In this document: positions 53,303 through 64,000 of the stretch, one piece after another | Numbering within the stretch: the stretch's first letter is position 1 | Layout: every line of letters starts with the position of its first letter | NCBI RefSeq assembly: GCF_037042905.1 | Contig: NC_087252.1 | Location: forward strand, 4,466,001 to 4,530,000 | Length of the DNA stretch: 64,000 bases | Direction of reading: 5' to 3' | Source: Lytechinus pictus | Taxonomy: Eukaryota | The notes under the pieces: model-generated | Told to the model about the DNA's origin: nothing | Database searches by the model: none | What the model saw: only the letters and a program-made list of their open reading frames with translations | Translations under genes and position numbers: made by a program

Positions 53303-54092
53303 CTGTAAATTATTCACACAAAGTCAATTTTAAAAGTAAATTCTACATGTGGCAACAACACAAGAGTTAGAAAAGAAACCCAAAATGACCACCCAAGAAA
53401 GTATTTACCCAATGAGTCCATGATTCTACTCTCGGAGAGATGAAAATATTGTACAATGCCTACTTAGCTTGCTGTACACAAGCAAATGGGAGGCTGAATG
53501 TCAAACATTCGTACCATTGCACGGCTTTAGGAGGTGACGTCACAATACGATTTAATTCATTGCGCTCAATACGCGTATAGCCTGCTGGCTAAATGCGCAA
53601 TGCTTCCCAAGGTCATGTGCGCTTGTGGGATTTTGCTTTTAGCTTTCAATGTTTTTGCTCCCTTTTCATAGATTACTGCTGGGAAAAACTCTTGTTTTTA
53701 AAAAATATTTTTGCTAAATTCCGAGGCGTTGTACAACACAAATAGGGAATATTCATATTCGTGCAATGGTGCGAGATTTCGCATTCGGTGAAAGAGACGC
53801 TCTATTCAACTCTGCTAGCGCCTCGTTGAATCTTTCTTTCTTGAATCTTTCTTTCACCTCATGCGAAACCTTGCATCATCGCACTCATGCCTATTTGCTA
53901 TTTGTATACTATCATGGCATTTTGTGCCAGATAGACCTGTCATAATCTAAGCCAAATTGATACACAGTCCCAAACATGCTTAAGTGTGTTGGCTTTTTAG
54001 CATAGATTCCACTATTTCACAGAAGTTTAGTTTGATAAACTTGGGGAGACCTACAATGATATCGTAACAATTAACCTTCAGTTCACTACAGA

Positions 54093-54408
54093 ATTATTGA
54101 GGTATAAAACTAGTATTCATGGTCACAATTTACGCAGTTCAATGGATCCTCTGCTTTTACAGATCCCATCCTTCAAAATGAAAGTAACGCGAGGTGATCG
54201 AGCAGTTGCTTGTGCAGCCCCTAAGCTCTGGAATAGCTTACCCCTGGAAGTTAGGGAAGCACCATTCGTAAACAACTTTAAATAAAAGCTCAAAACACAT
54301 CTATCTAATCAATAACAAGCTTTTTAGGAGTCCTAAATAGCACAGTAGAATATATACTTTATGGAATAGTTTCTGCGCTCTATAAATTTATATATCATTA
54401 TTATTATT
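54093..54408 (+). mobile_element. L2-group LINE 3' stub
   Basis: Encodes NLRSS...RGDRAVACAAPKLWNSLPLEVR...KLKTHL and ends with a GCGCTCTATAAAT...(TAT)n tail. Confidence 0.75.
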
Positions 54409-54729
54409 TAAAAAAAATGATTGCTTACTGCAACTACTTTAGTTTAGATTAATTCCAAAGTCCTGTACAATAATCCTGCTTTTGATGCCATCCAAGAATA
54501 TTTACATGACTTTTTAATTTCTTCTTCAGTTGGTTTATAAACATATCTACATGTAGATGTTGGTTGAAAGTTATAGCTGATATAAAATTGTTCATTTTGA
54601 GTCTGCAATATGATGAAACAGCAGTAGGTGACAGCGCCGTTACCAATGTTATCATGCTGTCATGAACATAAATTCCCCATGAAAACTGAAGCTTGACAGT
54701 CTACTCAATCTCAACCGCTACAACCATAC

Positions 54730-54909
54730 CTCTTTGTTTCTTTATTCTTTTGTCTGAGTCTAGTCTGTATCCTGTGAATTTCTTCAGTTTCTTCTGCTTC
54801 TCTCTGTTTCCTATCGTAGTCTGTCTCTCTCATGATGTCAGGTGGGTGACTCATCAGATGTGATTGGTGCTCTACCTCATGTCTCTCCTGCTCCTTGGCT
54901 TTCTTCAAC
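54730..54909 (-). CDS. CCDC15: CCDC15 exon 6
   Basis: ttgcAG ... GTATGG; LKKAKEQERHEVE...QKNKETK(R), coiled-coil. Confidence 0.88.
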
Positions 54910-55566
54910 CTGCAAAATAAAATTCAAAAGTTGTATTGCCACACGTGCCTATAATCATGCCTATAATCCAAGCTAGATGGTGGGGGGAGGGGTAGTCTGC
55001 TGTGCAAACCCTTCACTCGAGTAAAGGGTCTGAATTGCAGCCTACTCATGCGTTGTGTACTGAAGGCCCTCCTGAATTGAAACAGCAAGTTTTGTATGTG
55101 CTAGTCTTTGTGTGGAGACACACTCGTTGATCAAAGTTTCAATCAGGGTCTGGGCCTGCAGACTAGTGGGGGGGGGGTCAGATGCAGGAAAATTTGATGC
55201 AGGATTTTAAATCAGCATCAGAAATATACTACGAGGGCGACTTTGCCCTCATGACAGCCAAAATTGCCCTAAAATTCTCATAATGGAATGCTTAAGGCAA
55301 ACATCTTTCCTTAAGTCCCCCAAGATTAGTCACAAACTATATAGACCTTATGCCCATGACGTCATATTCTCAGTGTCGTCCCTTAGAGGATATAGGAATA
55401 TGTGTAAATGGAGTTATCAGTGATGCAGCAGCAGCAAATCACCAATGCATGCAGGGAAATTGCATCAGCTTCTGAGATGGCAGCGTGATGTGAATGCATA
55501 AGGTCTATATTCAAGATTAAATGTTTCCTCAATAACCCAGAAGCAACATACCAGGATCATGCAAAT

Positions 55567-55848
55567 CAGGGCTCCGTCTTACAAAGAGTTACGATTAATC
55601 CGATCAACCTCAACTATATGGAAATCTATCTACATGTATGTCACATATTTGTCTACTGTACAGGAAATTGCAAAATGTCCTTTGAAAACAAAGAGAAGCA
55701 CACTGAATTTTTAAGAAAATGATGGATGTATGAAAATATGTCATATCTAGAATATATTATGAACATGCATTTAAGATGTTGACTTTGCTGGCTTTCCCTA
55801 GTTGTGATTGATTGGATCAATTGCAACTCTTTGTAAGACAGGACCCTG
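55567..55848. mobile_element. MITE
   Basis: Inverted ends CAGGGCTCCGTCTTACAAAGAGTT / AACTCTTTGTAAGACAGGACCCTG. Confidence 0.65.
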
Positions 55849-56093
55849 TTTTACTACAAACTGCCTGAAATTAGGCTCGATTATGTTAACACACAATGTG
55901 CACTGAACAATGAACAATATCAAGCCAGAATAGGACTGGGAGTGTTTCATGAAACAAAGTCAGTGATTTCCAGCGAAAAACTAGCTCTGAACCAATCAGA
56001 TGCATTGATTTCAGTAGCTTATAACTATTTGTTTCATGAAATGCTCCCCTGAAATCAGGCAAAAGCCTTGAAGACTGGCATCACTATACTTAC

Positions 56094-56197
56094 TCCTGCA
56101 TCTTCTTGTGATGTGTTTTTTTTCTCATGTTCTCTCTGACTTGTTCTCTTTCTATGTCCATGTAGAGTCTCCTGTACATTGAGAACTGCATACCATG
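56094..56197 (-). CDS. CCDC15: CCDC15 exon 5
   Basis: ggcAG ... GTAAGT; HGMQFSMYRRLYMDIEREQVRE..., the CCDC15 RRLxMDIEREQV motif. Confidence 0.92.
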
Positions 56198-56244
56198 CTG
56201 CCATAAAGAAAAGAGAAAAGTAAAGTTAGTTCACCAAAATAAGG

Positions 56245-56572
56245 ATACAAACCCTCTCGTAATCTTCGTTCAATCACTGACACATGCAGACTTTACATTC
56301 CCTTGTCAAAACTCTCCTCTGACGAAAAGTTTTGCTGTAGCAGCTGCCAAGACTTGGAATGCCATCCCTCTTCCAATAAGAAATGCTTCCAGTATTCTTA
56401 GCTTCAAATCTTCCCTTAAGACATACCTTTTTCCTCAATAATTAATTTCCCTTTTTATCTTGAATATTGTGGTTAGTATTGCAAATGTTAAATTATTTTC
56501 ATACATTGTACGCGCTATGGTACTTTTTGTTTTTAGCGCCTCTAAATATCCATTATTATTATTATTATTATT
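56245..56572 (+). mobile_element. L2-group LINE 3' stub
   Basis: YKPSRNLRS ... AAAKTWNAIPLPIRNASSILSFKSSLKTYLF (frameshifted), with a (TAT)n tail. Confidence 0.75.
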
Positions 56573-56718
56573 AAAATATATTTCAGTTCAAGGAAATTAT
56601 CAATCAACTTTTGGTCGAAAATCAAACCACAATTATGAGTACAGTACATTATAAATATGGTAGAGTAGTTAGAGTCTGCATGTATTCTTGGGACCACAAA
56701 AATTTGTACGTTGGACTC

Positions 56719-57222
56719 CAGGGTTGGGCTCAATTACAAAGTAAATGATCAATAACGTAATTAATTAAATTTTTAGAGTAATTGTTATTGTATTTGAAAT
56801 TTTGAAAGGGAAAGTAATTGTAATTGAAAAAAAAATGTAGTTGACTTCAATTAATGTCAATTACTTTCAATTACATTAAATTACTTTACAATAAAATTAC
56901 TTAATGTATGATTTAATCTAATGACCTTTTTTCATGTTAACTGCTTCAGCATCAAAGAGTGTAATAAGCAGAATACGCGCTCTTTAACAGAAACCATCTT
57001 GTCAGTCTCTCTGTAACTTAGAATTATATTGAAATAGGTGGTGCTAGTACATACAGAATACAAACTGATTTCATGTACATGTATGACTTTTATAGAAAGT
57101 AATTCTAATTATAATTGACAATTGAAAAAAAATTAATTTTATTGAAAATTAATTGTAATTAAACATTTCTTCAATTACGTAATTGCAATTGTAATTGAAA
57201 AAAGTAATTGAGCTCAACCCTG
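56719..57222. mobile_element. hAT-like MITE with GTAATTG subterminal repeats
   Basis: TIR CAGGGTTGGGCTCAATTAC / GTAATTGAGCTCAACCCTG; perfect 8-bp duplication TTGGACTC. Confidence 0.9.
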
Positions 57223-57461
57223 TTGGACTCGGTGAAATGCAACAAACAACTGTTTTGCACGTTATAGTCTGAAAACATGCTTCTTGTGGAAGGTCTAAAG
57301 CGGCATCATGTCAAAAAAGAGGGGACGGGTCATCATGTGCCCCTTTGCCCCCTGGACTGGATCCGTGCCTGTTTAAGAAAACCGAATAAGTGAAAACCTT
57401 GCGCACTGCAGTGCTAATGGTTTAGCAATGACCCCCCATCGCAGTAACATGTAACCCTCAC

Positions 57462-57974
57462 CTGTCTTCTAAGCTCTTCAGCTACCACACCTGGGTTGAC
57501 CTCTGGCACATGACCCTTGACCCCATCAGCCATTATGACATGACCTTTGACATCTCCACCACCATTGTAATGGCTGTAAGGTATATCTTCCTGTGGATCA
57601 ACTCTGAGGTTTGTCGAGTCAGTCTCAGGGTGAAGACCCTGAAGGTCACCCATGTCTTCTTGGTCCCCGTGTCCATGGTAATGACCTTCGACCCTTGAAC
57701 TTTGCTGAGGTGACCTCTGAAGTCTGGGGGCAAAGGTCACATGCTTGGACTTTGCAACCTCTCCTGCTTCTCTGATCTGGTGGTGTGGGTCACTCCCACT
57801 GCTCTCATCATAGAGTCCTTCTTCTATGGCGTCATGGACAAGTCTTTTATCGCTCTCAGTGGTTGCAGTCGTCTCAAGGTCAGCGACCCAAGATGTAGAA
57901 TCCGTTGGATTGCCATCAGCTTCCTTCAAATAGGATGTTTCCCATATACCACCTGGAACAGTATGATGATCAAT
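57462..57974 (-). CDS. CCDC15: CCDC15 exon 4
   Basis: ttgcAG ... GTGAGG; 513 nt open, phase 0/0; IDHHTVPGGIW...PGVVAEELRRQ. Confidence 0.85.
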
Positions 57975-58964
57975 CTGCAATATAATGAAAGCCAAAAAGA
58001 AGAAAATTGAGAAATGGGATACAACTGACTTTCTCACGTGAACTGTATTAGTAAAAGATTGAACACCAAGAACTGATTCTCTATTTCATTAAAAAATGTA
58101 ACTTTACCAGCACAAACTATGTGAAGAATTGCCATTGACAAAAATCTTATTTCAAGCAATACCTACATGTACATGGCTTTTCTAAAAGGTCGACTTTGTA
58201 CATGCAATTCTTGTTACCTTTGCAAACACCCGAGGACCGTATTACAAATGTTTTCAGCACTAACTGAATTGTCAGATCTGACAATTTCAGAGATATCCTT
58301 TGACTGACTGAGAATCACTGGTCATCTACTGTTAACAAGTATGGTAGCAAGTCAGAGAATGGCAGCTTGTCTATATTGACAACTTTCACTGCACTGCCAA
58401 GGGCTCTGTCATCCACAATAATCAATGGAATCAATAAGGAAATCAGGTGGGTGTTTCAAAAAGCTGTTTGTAAGTTAAGAGCGACTCTAAGAACGACTGG
58501 AGATCCTTTCTTTTGGCGATCCTTTCTTCTGGTACGCACCATTGGCGATTGTTTAGCGAGTAAGAAAGGATCACCTGTCGTTCTTAAAGTTGCTCTTAAC
58601 TTACGAACAGCTTTATGAAACGGCCCCCTGCTCCATGATCAATTGTTTTTTCTTATGTTACGGGGCCCGTTTAATAAAGCTGTTTTGTAAGAGCGACTTT
58701 AAAAAGGACTGGCAAACCTTTGCTAAACCATAGCCAATTAACATTTACCACAAGAAAGGATCACTAGTCGTTCCTAAGTTACAAACAGCTTAATGAAACA
58801 CCGACCTGGTTTGAATGCATGTGGAAATATAGAGTATGCGAGTATTGACCACTTCTATTGAATCAAAATATTCTTCATACTGTACTTGTCATACCTTAAC
58901 AATAATAGCGCATATCACTGCCAAATGCGTCCCTTTTGAAGGAAACAGTATGAGCATTTTTTAC

Positions 58965-59237
58965 CTTAGGCTTGATTGCCAGCTGTTTGGCAGCCAAATC
59001 ACGCTTAGCCTTCTGCACCAGTCTCCTTGTCATTCCAGCCTGTTCTCTGACCTGCTGCCCAACAGCCAGTCCCCTATCACCTTGTCCATCACTCCCCCAG
59101 GCCTCTGGGGTCGGCTTGGGAGCATCCCGACCTATGGCATGGGGCTCGCTATTCTGGTAGATACAAGTGTCTTTGCGATGAGAGAGAATGTTGGCCGAGG
59201 GTGTAGTGCGGTGGACGACTCGACCTTGCAAATTCAC
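58965..59237 (-). CDS. CCDC15: CCDC15 exon 3
   Basis: ctaAG ... GTAAAA; VNLQGRVVHRT...KAKRDLAAKQLAIKPK. Confidence 0.85.
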
Positions 59238-59751
59238 CTTAGTGAGAGGAATATGAAAGATAGGGAAACAATTTTCAATTCAATTTCGTTTACATATCCA
59301 CAATCCAACATGTACATGTACTGCATATCACATCTTTTTTTAGTCATCATTCAGTTGTACATGAGACTTTTAATTTAATAAATATCAATTATCATTCAAT
59401 CAATATCATTACCATCTTAAGCAATGATTCCTAATTTCAAAAAGTAAATGACCAAATCCACTTTTTCTTTACTCCTCAAATCATCAAGGTAAGCTTTACT
59501 GAAAGTGATCTGGTAAAACTTTATTACCGCCAAGGGTAACGGGTTATAGGAGAAAATAAAAATGGCAAATTCCTGCCATCATTTTTGTATACCTTGTATG
59601 GTTTCTTCAAACTTTCACCGCTCTGTTTTTATTATTTTTGCCTTAAAATTATAAGTTAATCAACTCAATTTATTGCCAAGGTTGGATTCTGTTCTAAGAT
59701 GGCAAATACAGAAGGATCCTAAATTAAAAAAACCAAAAACAAAACACTTAC

Positions 59752-59901
59752 CGCTTGAAAAGACTCTTGGAGTTGTTTCTGTTTCTTAATCCGTTGCAGT
59801 TCCCTGACCCTTGACCTTACTTCCTGTCTGAATTTTGCAAGCTTCGCTTCTTTCTCTGCTTGTAGCAAATGCAGACGTTCTTCCTCATATTGGGCTGACA
59901 C
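59752..59901 (-). CDS. CCDC15: CCDC15 exon 2
   Basis: ggtAG ... GTAAGT; VSAQYEEERLHLLQAEKEAKLAKFRQEVRSRV...QLQESFQA. Confidence 0.9.
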
Positions 59902-61057
59902 CTACCAGGGGACACAAAATGTACAAAATAAAAAAGATGAAAAAAAAAATTCAAATGGTCACGAGATTAGGATGTGCAGGTAGCAATCAAAGGAAAAAAA
60001 TGGACATGACATTTTCTCCCAAACAGAAAAGTGAGCACAAGCGTGGAGTGCAAGCATAATATTATTCTATAGGTCTAAAGTTAAGTAACCTGAAAGTTCA
60101 ATTTTCAATTCATTTTTTTCTTCAAAATTTGCGATATTCAACTTCTTCCTTTTATTCACTCATTCACTATTTCTTATTTTTCTTTTCTGCTCATCATTCT
60201 GACTTCCTCCACTTTTATCTCTTTTTGGTGCCAAAAATAGGGGATCCCACAACTTCAGCCTCCTGGATCTTCTTTATGTTTAACTACATAATTATCACAA
60301 ATATCATTTTGAGAGAAAAATGCAGATACTACAAAATTGCAAATTTCATAACAAAATGTTCTCATCTCATGGAACATTGTCTAAATAGATGTCAGAAATT
60401 ATCCTGCCAAAACCTTTTATTTACCTACTTCTGTGAATTCTCATTTGAATGACATAGTATTCATTTATTACTTTGTTTTTCCTGTTTTTAATTTTACATG
60501 TTCATATATGATCAAGATAATTAGATATGTATTTTTTGTTCAATTATTTACCAATTCATTAATTCGTATCTGTCTAGGCCTAGATCTATTTATTTAATTT
60601 CATGATTTTCTAGCCCCCGGCCTCTTTTGCTCAGTTGGTCTCCTTCTGCTTACAACTACCGGGTATCTCTCCACTGTCTCTATCTTACACTCTCTTCCAA
60701 AAAGCTTAACTTCCTTCCCAAGTTCTTTCTTTTAAAATTTTTGACTTTTTGGTAATTTTTCTAACAAAATAATCATTGATGATTTACTTGCGTAAATTTC
60801 CATTTAAAGTCTTTAGTCAAACAAAAACAGTTGAAGTGGAAAATTTAATTTACAGAAATAGTCTTGGTCTACTCCGATGTAAATCTAGAATGACTAAACT
60901 TAAGAAGGTTCTAACAGTTAGATCTCTGACTAGATCTAACGTTAGATCTAGATCGAGATTATGTACTATGGTCTATTTAGGCCTAGCCTAGTCTCTCCAT
61001 ACACAAATAAAAAACATAAAAGAAAAGAAAAAAATGAAAATAAAAGAAACAAACAAC

Positions 61058-62587
61058 CAGGGTGACCAGACGTCCCGTATTTTGCTCCTGTGTCCCGGCG
61101 TCCCGACAAACCCTTCCTGGGACACATATTTGTCCCATATTTCAGAATATTGAACAAATTATAATTAATACATACATGTATAGAAAAGTGAAGAATTTTC
61201 ATCAAATAACCAACAGTTGACGAAGCAGAGATGACAATAAAATCGATAACTGTTAATTTTTGCAAGTTCTGCGGTGATTTTTTTGTTACCCAATACATTA
61301 CAAACGAACTGGCCTCCTGCCTGTGTGTGGCTGGCTACTATAGCTAGGCATGTAAGAACGGAGCAGATTCTCAATGGTGCGAAAAATCTCACATGATAAA
61401 CAGTTTTTCCACCAAAATAATCACAAAATCGGCAGGAATTTTTATAATTATATTATGGATTCTCAGATTACTGATTTGGTGATGTAATCGGAGGAGAAAG
61501 TTATTGAGTTGTTGCAGCTTTCGTTTTGAGTCTTGTTGTGATCGGTGCGAACTTGTAATGGGATGAGAGATGCCTGTGTGTGATGCTGTGAAGTTTGAAA
61601 ATGTTTTATTTTGAATTTTATTCATTTCTAAAACATTTTTAGTTTTTTAAGATTTTTTTTTTGAAAATACATTTTTTTTTAATATCATTATCGATTTTTG
61701 TTAAGATTGGATTTTTTTGTTTGCTTAAAGTTTGAACTTTTCCTCTCTCTTTTCTATCCTTATTCCTGCTTGACTTTTTTTGTTCCATATATCTTTATTT
61801 CAAATCTTTCCTGTCTTTCTCTCTCTGTTCATTTTACTTCTTTCCTTCATCTATTTATTTCCCTTTTTATTTCCTTCATTCTTTCTTTCCTTAAACTTGT
61901 CTTTGCTTTCTTCTCCACCTTCCTCTCCCTTTTCTTTTTGTTCTTTCTCTCCTTCCATTATTTTCTTTCTTTTTTTCATTCTCTTATCCCTTCATTCTTT
62001 CCTCCCTCTCTTTAATTTATCCTTTCTTTCTTTATTTTTTCCTTCCAATTCTTTTCCCTTATTCTTTCCTTCCTCCCTTCCTCTTTCTTTCAAAGAATAG
62101 AGGAAACATTTTCTTTCCTTCATTCTTTAATTTTTTCTTCCTCTTGTTTTCTTACTTTCTTTTTTCCTATCCTTTATTTTTTTTCTTTGAACTTCACACA
62201 TTAATTCCCAGTCTTTCTTTTTCTTTCTTTATTCATTTCAAAGAATGACGGAAACCCTTTTTTTTCTTTCATTCTTTTCTTATTCTAACTTTCTTTCTTT
62301 TTTTTTTCTTGTTTCCTTCATTTTCATTGTCATTTTCCCCTTCATTTTTTCTTCTTTTCCTCTCAATTAATCTCTTTTCTTTTCTTTCTCTCCTTCATTC
62401 TTTCAATTTCATTCACACTTTCTTCCTTTTCTTTATATTTTTTGTGCAAGTCTAACACTGTGGTCTGTGTAGCCTTATTTGTTGATTTTTATTTACTAAG
62501 AATAAGACCCAGTTCGGTCGATCCGCTCATGCAGCATGCTTTGTTGTCCCATATTTCATTTAATGAAATCTGGTCACCCTGGCCCTG
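61058..62587. mobile_element. Non-autonomous hAT-like element (1.5 kb) with CT-rich interior
   Basis: CAGGGTGACCAGA ... TCTGGTCACCCTG plus an extra GCCCTG; 8-bp CAAACAAC at 61050-61057 and 62588-62595. Confidence 0.8.
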
Positions 62588-62759
62588 CAAACAACAGAAG
62601 AAGAAAGGTCTAATTTATTGAAAAAAAAGAATGAGAGAGAAAAGGAAAATGCAACAACAACAAAAAAAGTTTAAAAATTAGATCGAACAGTTAACGTTAG
62701 ATCTAACTTAAGTTAACAGTTACTAGATCTATTCTAAAGACGTTACGTTGGCATAAAAT

Positions 62760-62877
62760 TACCTCAGGCGATGTTCGTGCAGGCTCCACTCCACTTCACT
62801 ACCGCTACACTACGCTCCACCTACTAGTGTAGCGGTAGTGAAGTGGAGTGGAGCCTGCACGGACATCGCCTGAGGTA
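62760..62877. repeat. 118-bp near-perfect palindrome (TA-flanked mini-MITE) in CCDC15 intron 1
   Basis: 53-bp arms with one mismatch, a 12-nt spacer and TA at both ends. Confidence 0.85.
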
Positions 62878-63215
62878 GCATGAAATCTGACTAAGTCTGA
62901 TCGAATGAGAAAGAAAAAGAAAACTCAAAAATATGAAACTTTGAAAGAAGCTATCAAATTCTTTAATAAAAGCTGAGGTAAAAATAGTCAATTCTCACTG
63001 GTTGCCATCAAAGGTCAAAACCAAGGAAAGAAGAAGCTTTCATTTTCACTGTCAGTGTCAGTAACCAAACGTCGTGGGATCTGCTCGAGCCCCAGGGCCA
63101 GGCACAACCCACAACGCCCATGTTCAACACAGCCATGGCTCGCCAGTCATCCCGGCCCGACGAGACCCCGTGCGATGCGCGATGCCGATGGAGCTTTAAA
63201 AAAATGCAAACTTAC

Positions 63216-63362
63216 CACGGCTGGGAATGCGTCATTATCATTTTGTGGACAATGCTCAACCCAAGCACCAACTGGAACAATTTCATTCGGTCGTCTGTCA
63301 AGGATCCGCTGTGTTTGACGGTGAAATTTACTATTTTTCGGTCTATAAACTTTAGAATTCAT
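63216..63362 (-). CDS. CCDC15: Coiled-coil domain-containing protein 15, first coding exon; eight exons total 1566 nt = 521 aa + stop (start codon inferred)
   Basis: MNSKVYRPK...RRPNEIVPVGAWVEHCPQNDNDAFPAV then GTAAG; IVPVGAWVE is the CCDC15 N-terminal motif. Confidence 0.87.
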
Positions 63363-63930
63363 ATTTTTAACTCGACCCACCTGTCGCAGCAAATTCGAAA
63401 CGCGAATGTTGTTTTCAAATTTACCGCTTACCCGGTATACGGTATCGATTAAAGATCGATTATGGTACAACCTTTAATTCCAGTCTCTTTTTTAAATTGA
63501 GATAAAATACATTATTTAGGAACATATTAAGCGAATCATATTTTTCAAAAATGTGATTTAAAATATTTTATTGATTCTAATTAGTGAATAAAAATTCAAT
63601 TCAATTATTTTATTGCAACATAATCTTCCGATGTTCAGAGACTTGAGTCTGGCAAAAAACTAAACTACAATTTTTCGTGATGAAGCCTATTTGATGTGAG
63701 GCCGCCTCTCTTTACGGCGCATGCAATTCTTATGTACACATGTCTAATTGGGAAATCACGAATCCTTGAAAGAGCTGTTCAAATTCCATGGGAGCTAAAT
63801 CTCAATATACTGGTACCAGGTACATGTATAACGTGTTAGTGTTAGTAGCTGAGCTGAGACTGAGACTGAATCCGAGTAAAAAAAAAGTCGTGGACGTGGT
63901 TGGCGTAACGTTCCAGACCTAGTTACAAAA
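63363..63930. promoter_or_regulatory. Probable bidirectional promoter between CCDC15 and TTC12
   Basis: Two divergent start codons about 570 bp apart, with locally higher CpG density. Confidence 0.55.
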
Positions 63931-63991
63931 ATGGAGAATTCATCTGAAAACGAAGAACTTCAGGAATTTCTTAGGAAGGTCGATGAACTGG
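63931..63991 (+). CDS. TTC12: Probable tetratricopeptide repeat protein 12, first coding exon (gene runs off the window)
   Basis: CAAAAATGG context; MENSSENEELQEFLRKVDEL then GTAAGA. Resembles the vertebrate TTC12 N-terminus (DLQKFLKNVDEI) as recalled, but only 20 aa are visible. Confidence 0.65.
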
Positions 63992-64000
63992 GTAAGACAA

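Noticed and set aside
63363..63470. Longer N-terminus for CCDC15 from the ORF track
   Set aside because: The extension starts at a non-ATG codon and has no recognisable homology; the ATG at 63362 is preferred.

Overview
Eukaryotic, AT-rich, intron- and repeat-rich genomic DNA, most likely a sea urchin (inferred from an echinoderm miR-2002, a miR-34 starting with C, and typical echinoid MITE/SINE families). Almost all ORFs in the six-frame track are spurious; the real genes are spliced. I reconstructed them by hand from GT-AG boundaries and frame continuity: (1) the last two coding exons of POLR2H/RPB8 (+, 2328-17681), separated by a 15-kb intron; (2) complete HOATZ/C11orf88 (-, 31996-26552, 6 exons, 180 aa); (3) complete TMEM192 (+, 38636-45961, 6 exons, 282 aa); (4) CCDC15 (-, 63362-52650, 8 exons, about 521 aa); (5) the first coding exon of a probable TTC12 (+, 63931-63991), head-to-head with CCDC15. 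The key finding lies in the POLR2H intron, which holds two microRNA hairpins: miR-2002 (mature 6480-6502) and miR-34 (mature 11877-11898). miR-2002 closely resembles protostome miR-317 and sits where miR-317 sits in the protostome miR-317/277/34 cluster. The next gene is HOATZ, the neighbour of vertebrate miR-34b/c. The window may therefore preserve an ancestral bilaterian arrangement linking the protostome and vertebrate miR-34 loci inside a neighbourhood of cilia genes. The rest consists of non-autonomous DNA transposons (Kolobok/T2-like, hAT-like, Tc1-like), tRNA-derived SINEs, LINE 3' stubs, palindromes and microsatellites. Gene and miRNA identities come from remembered homologues; no database search was run.
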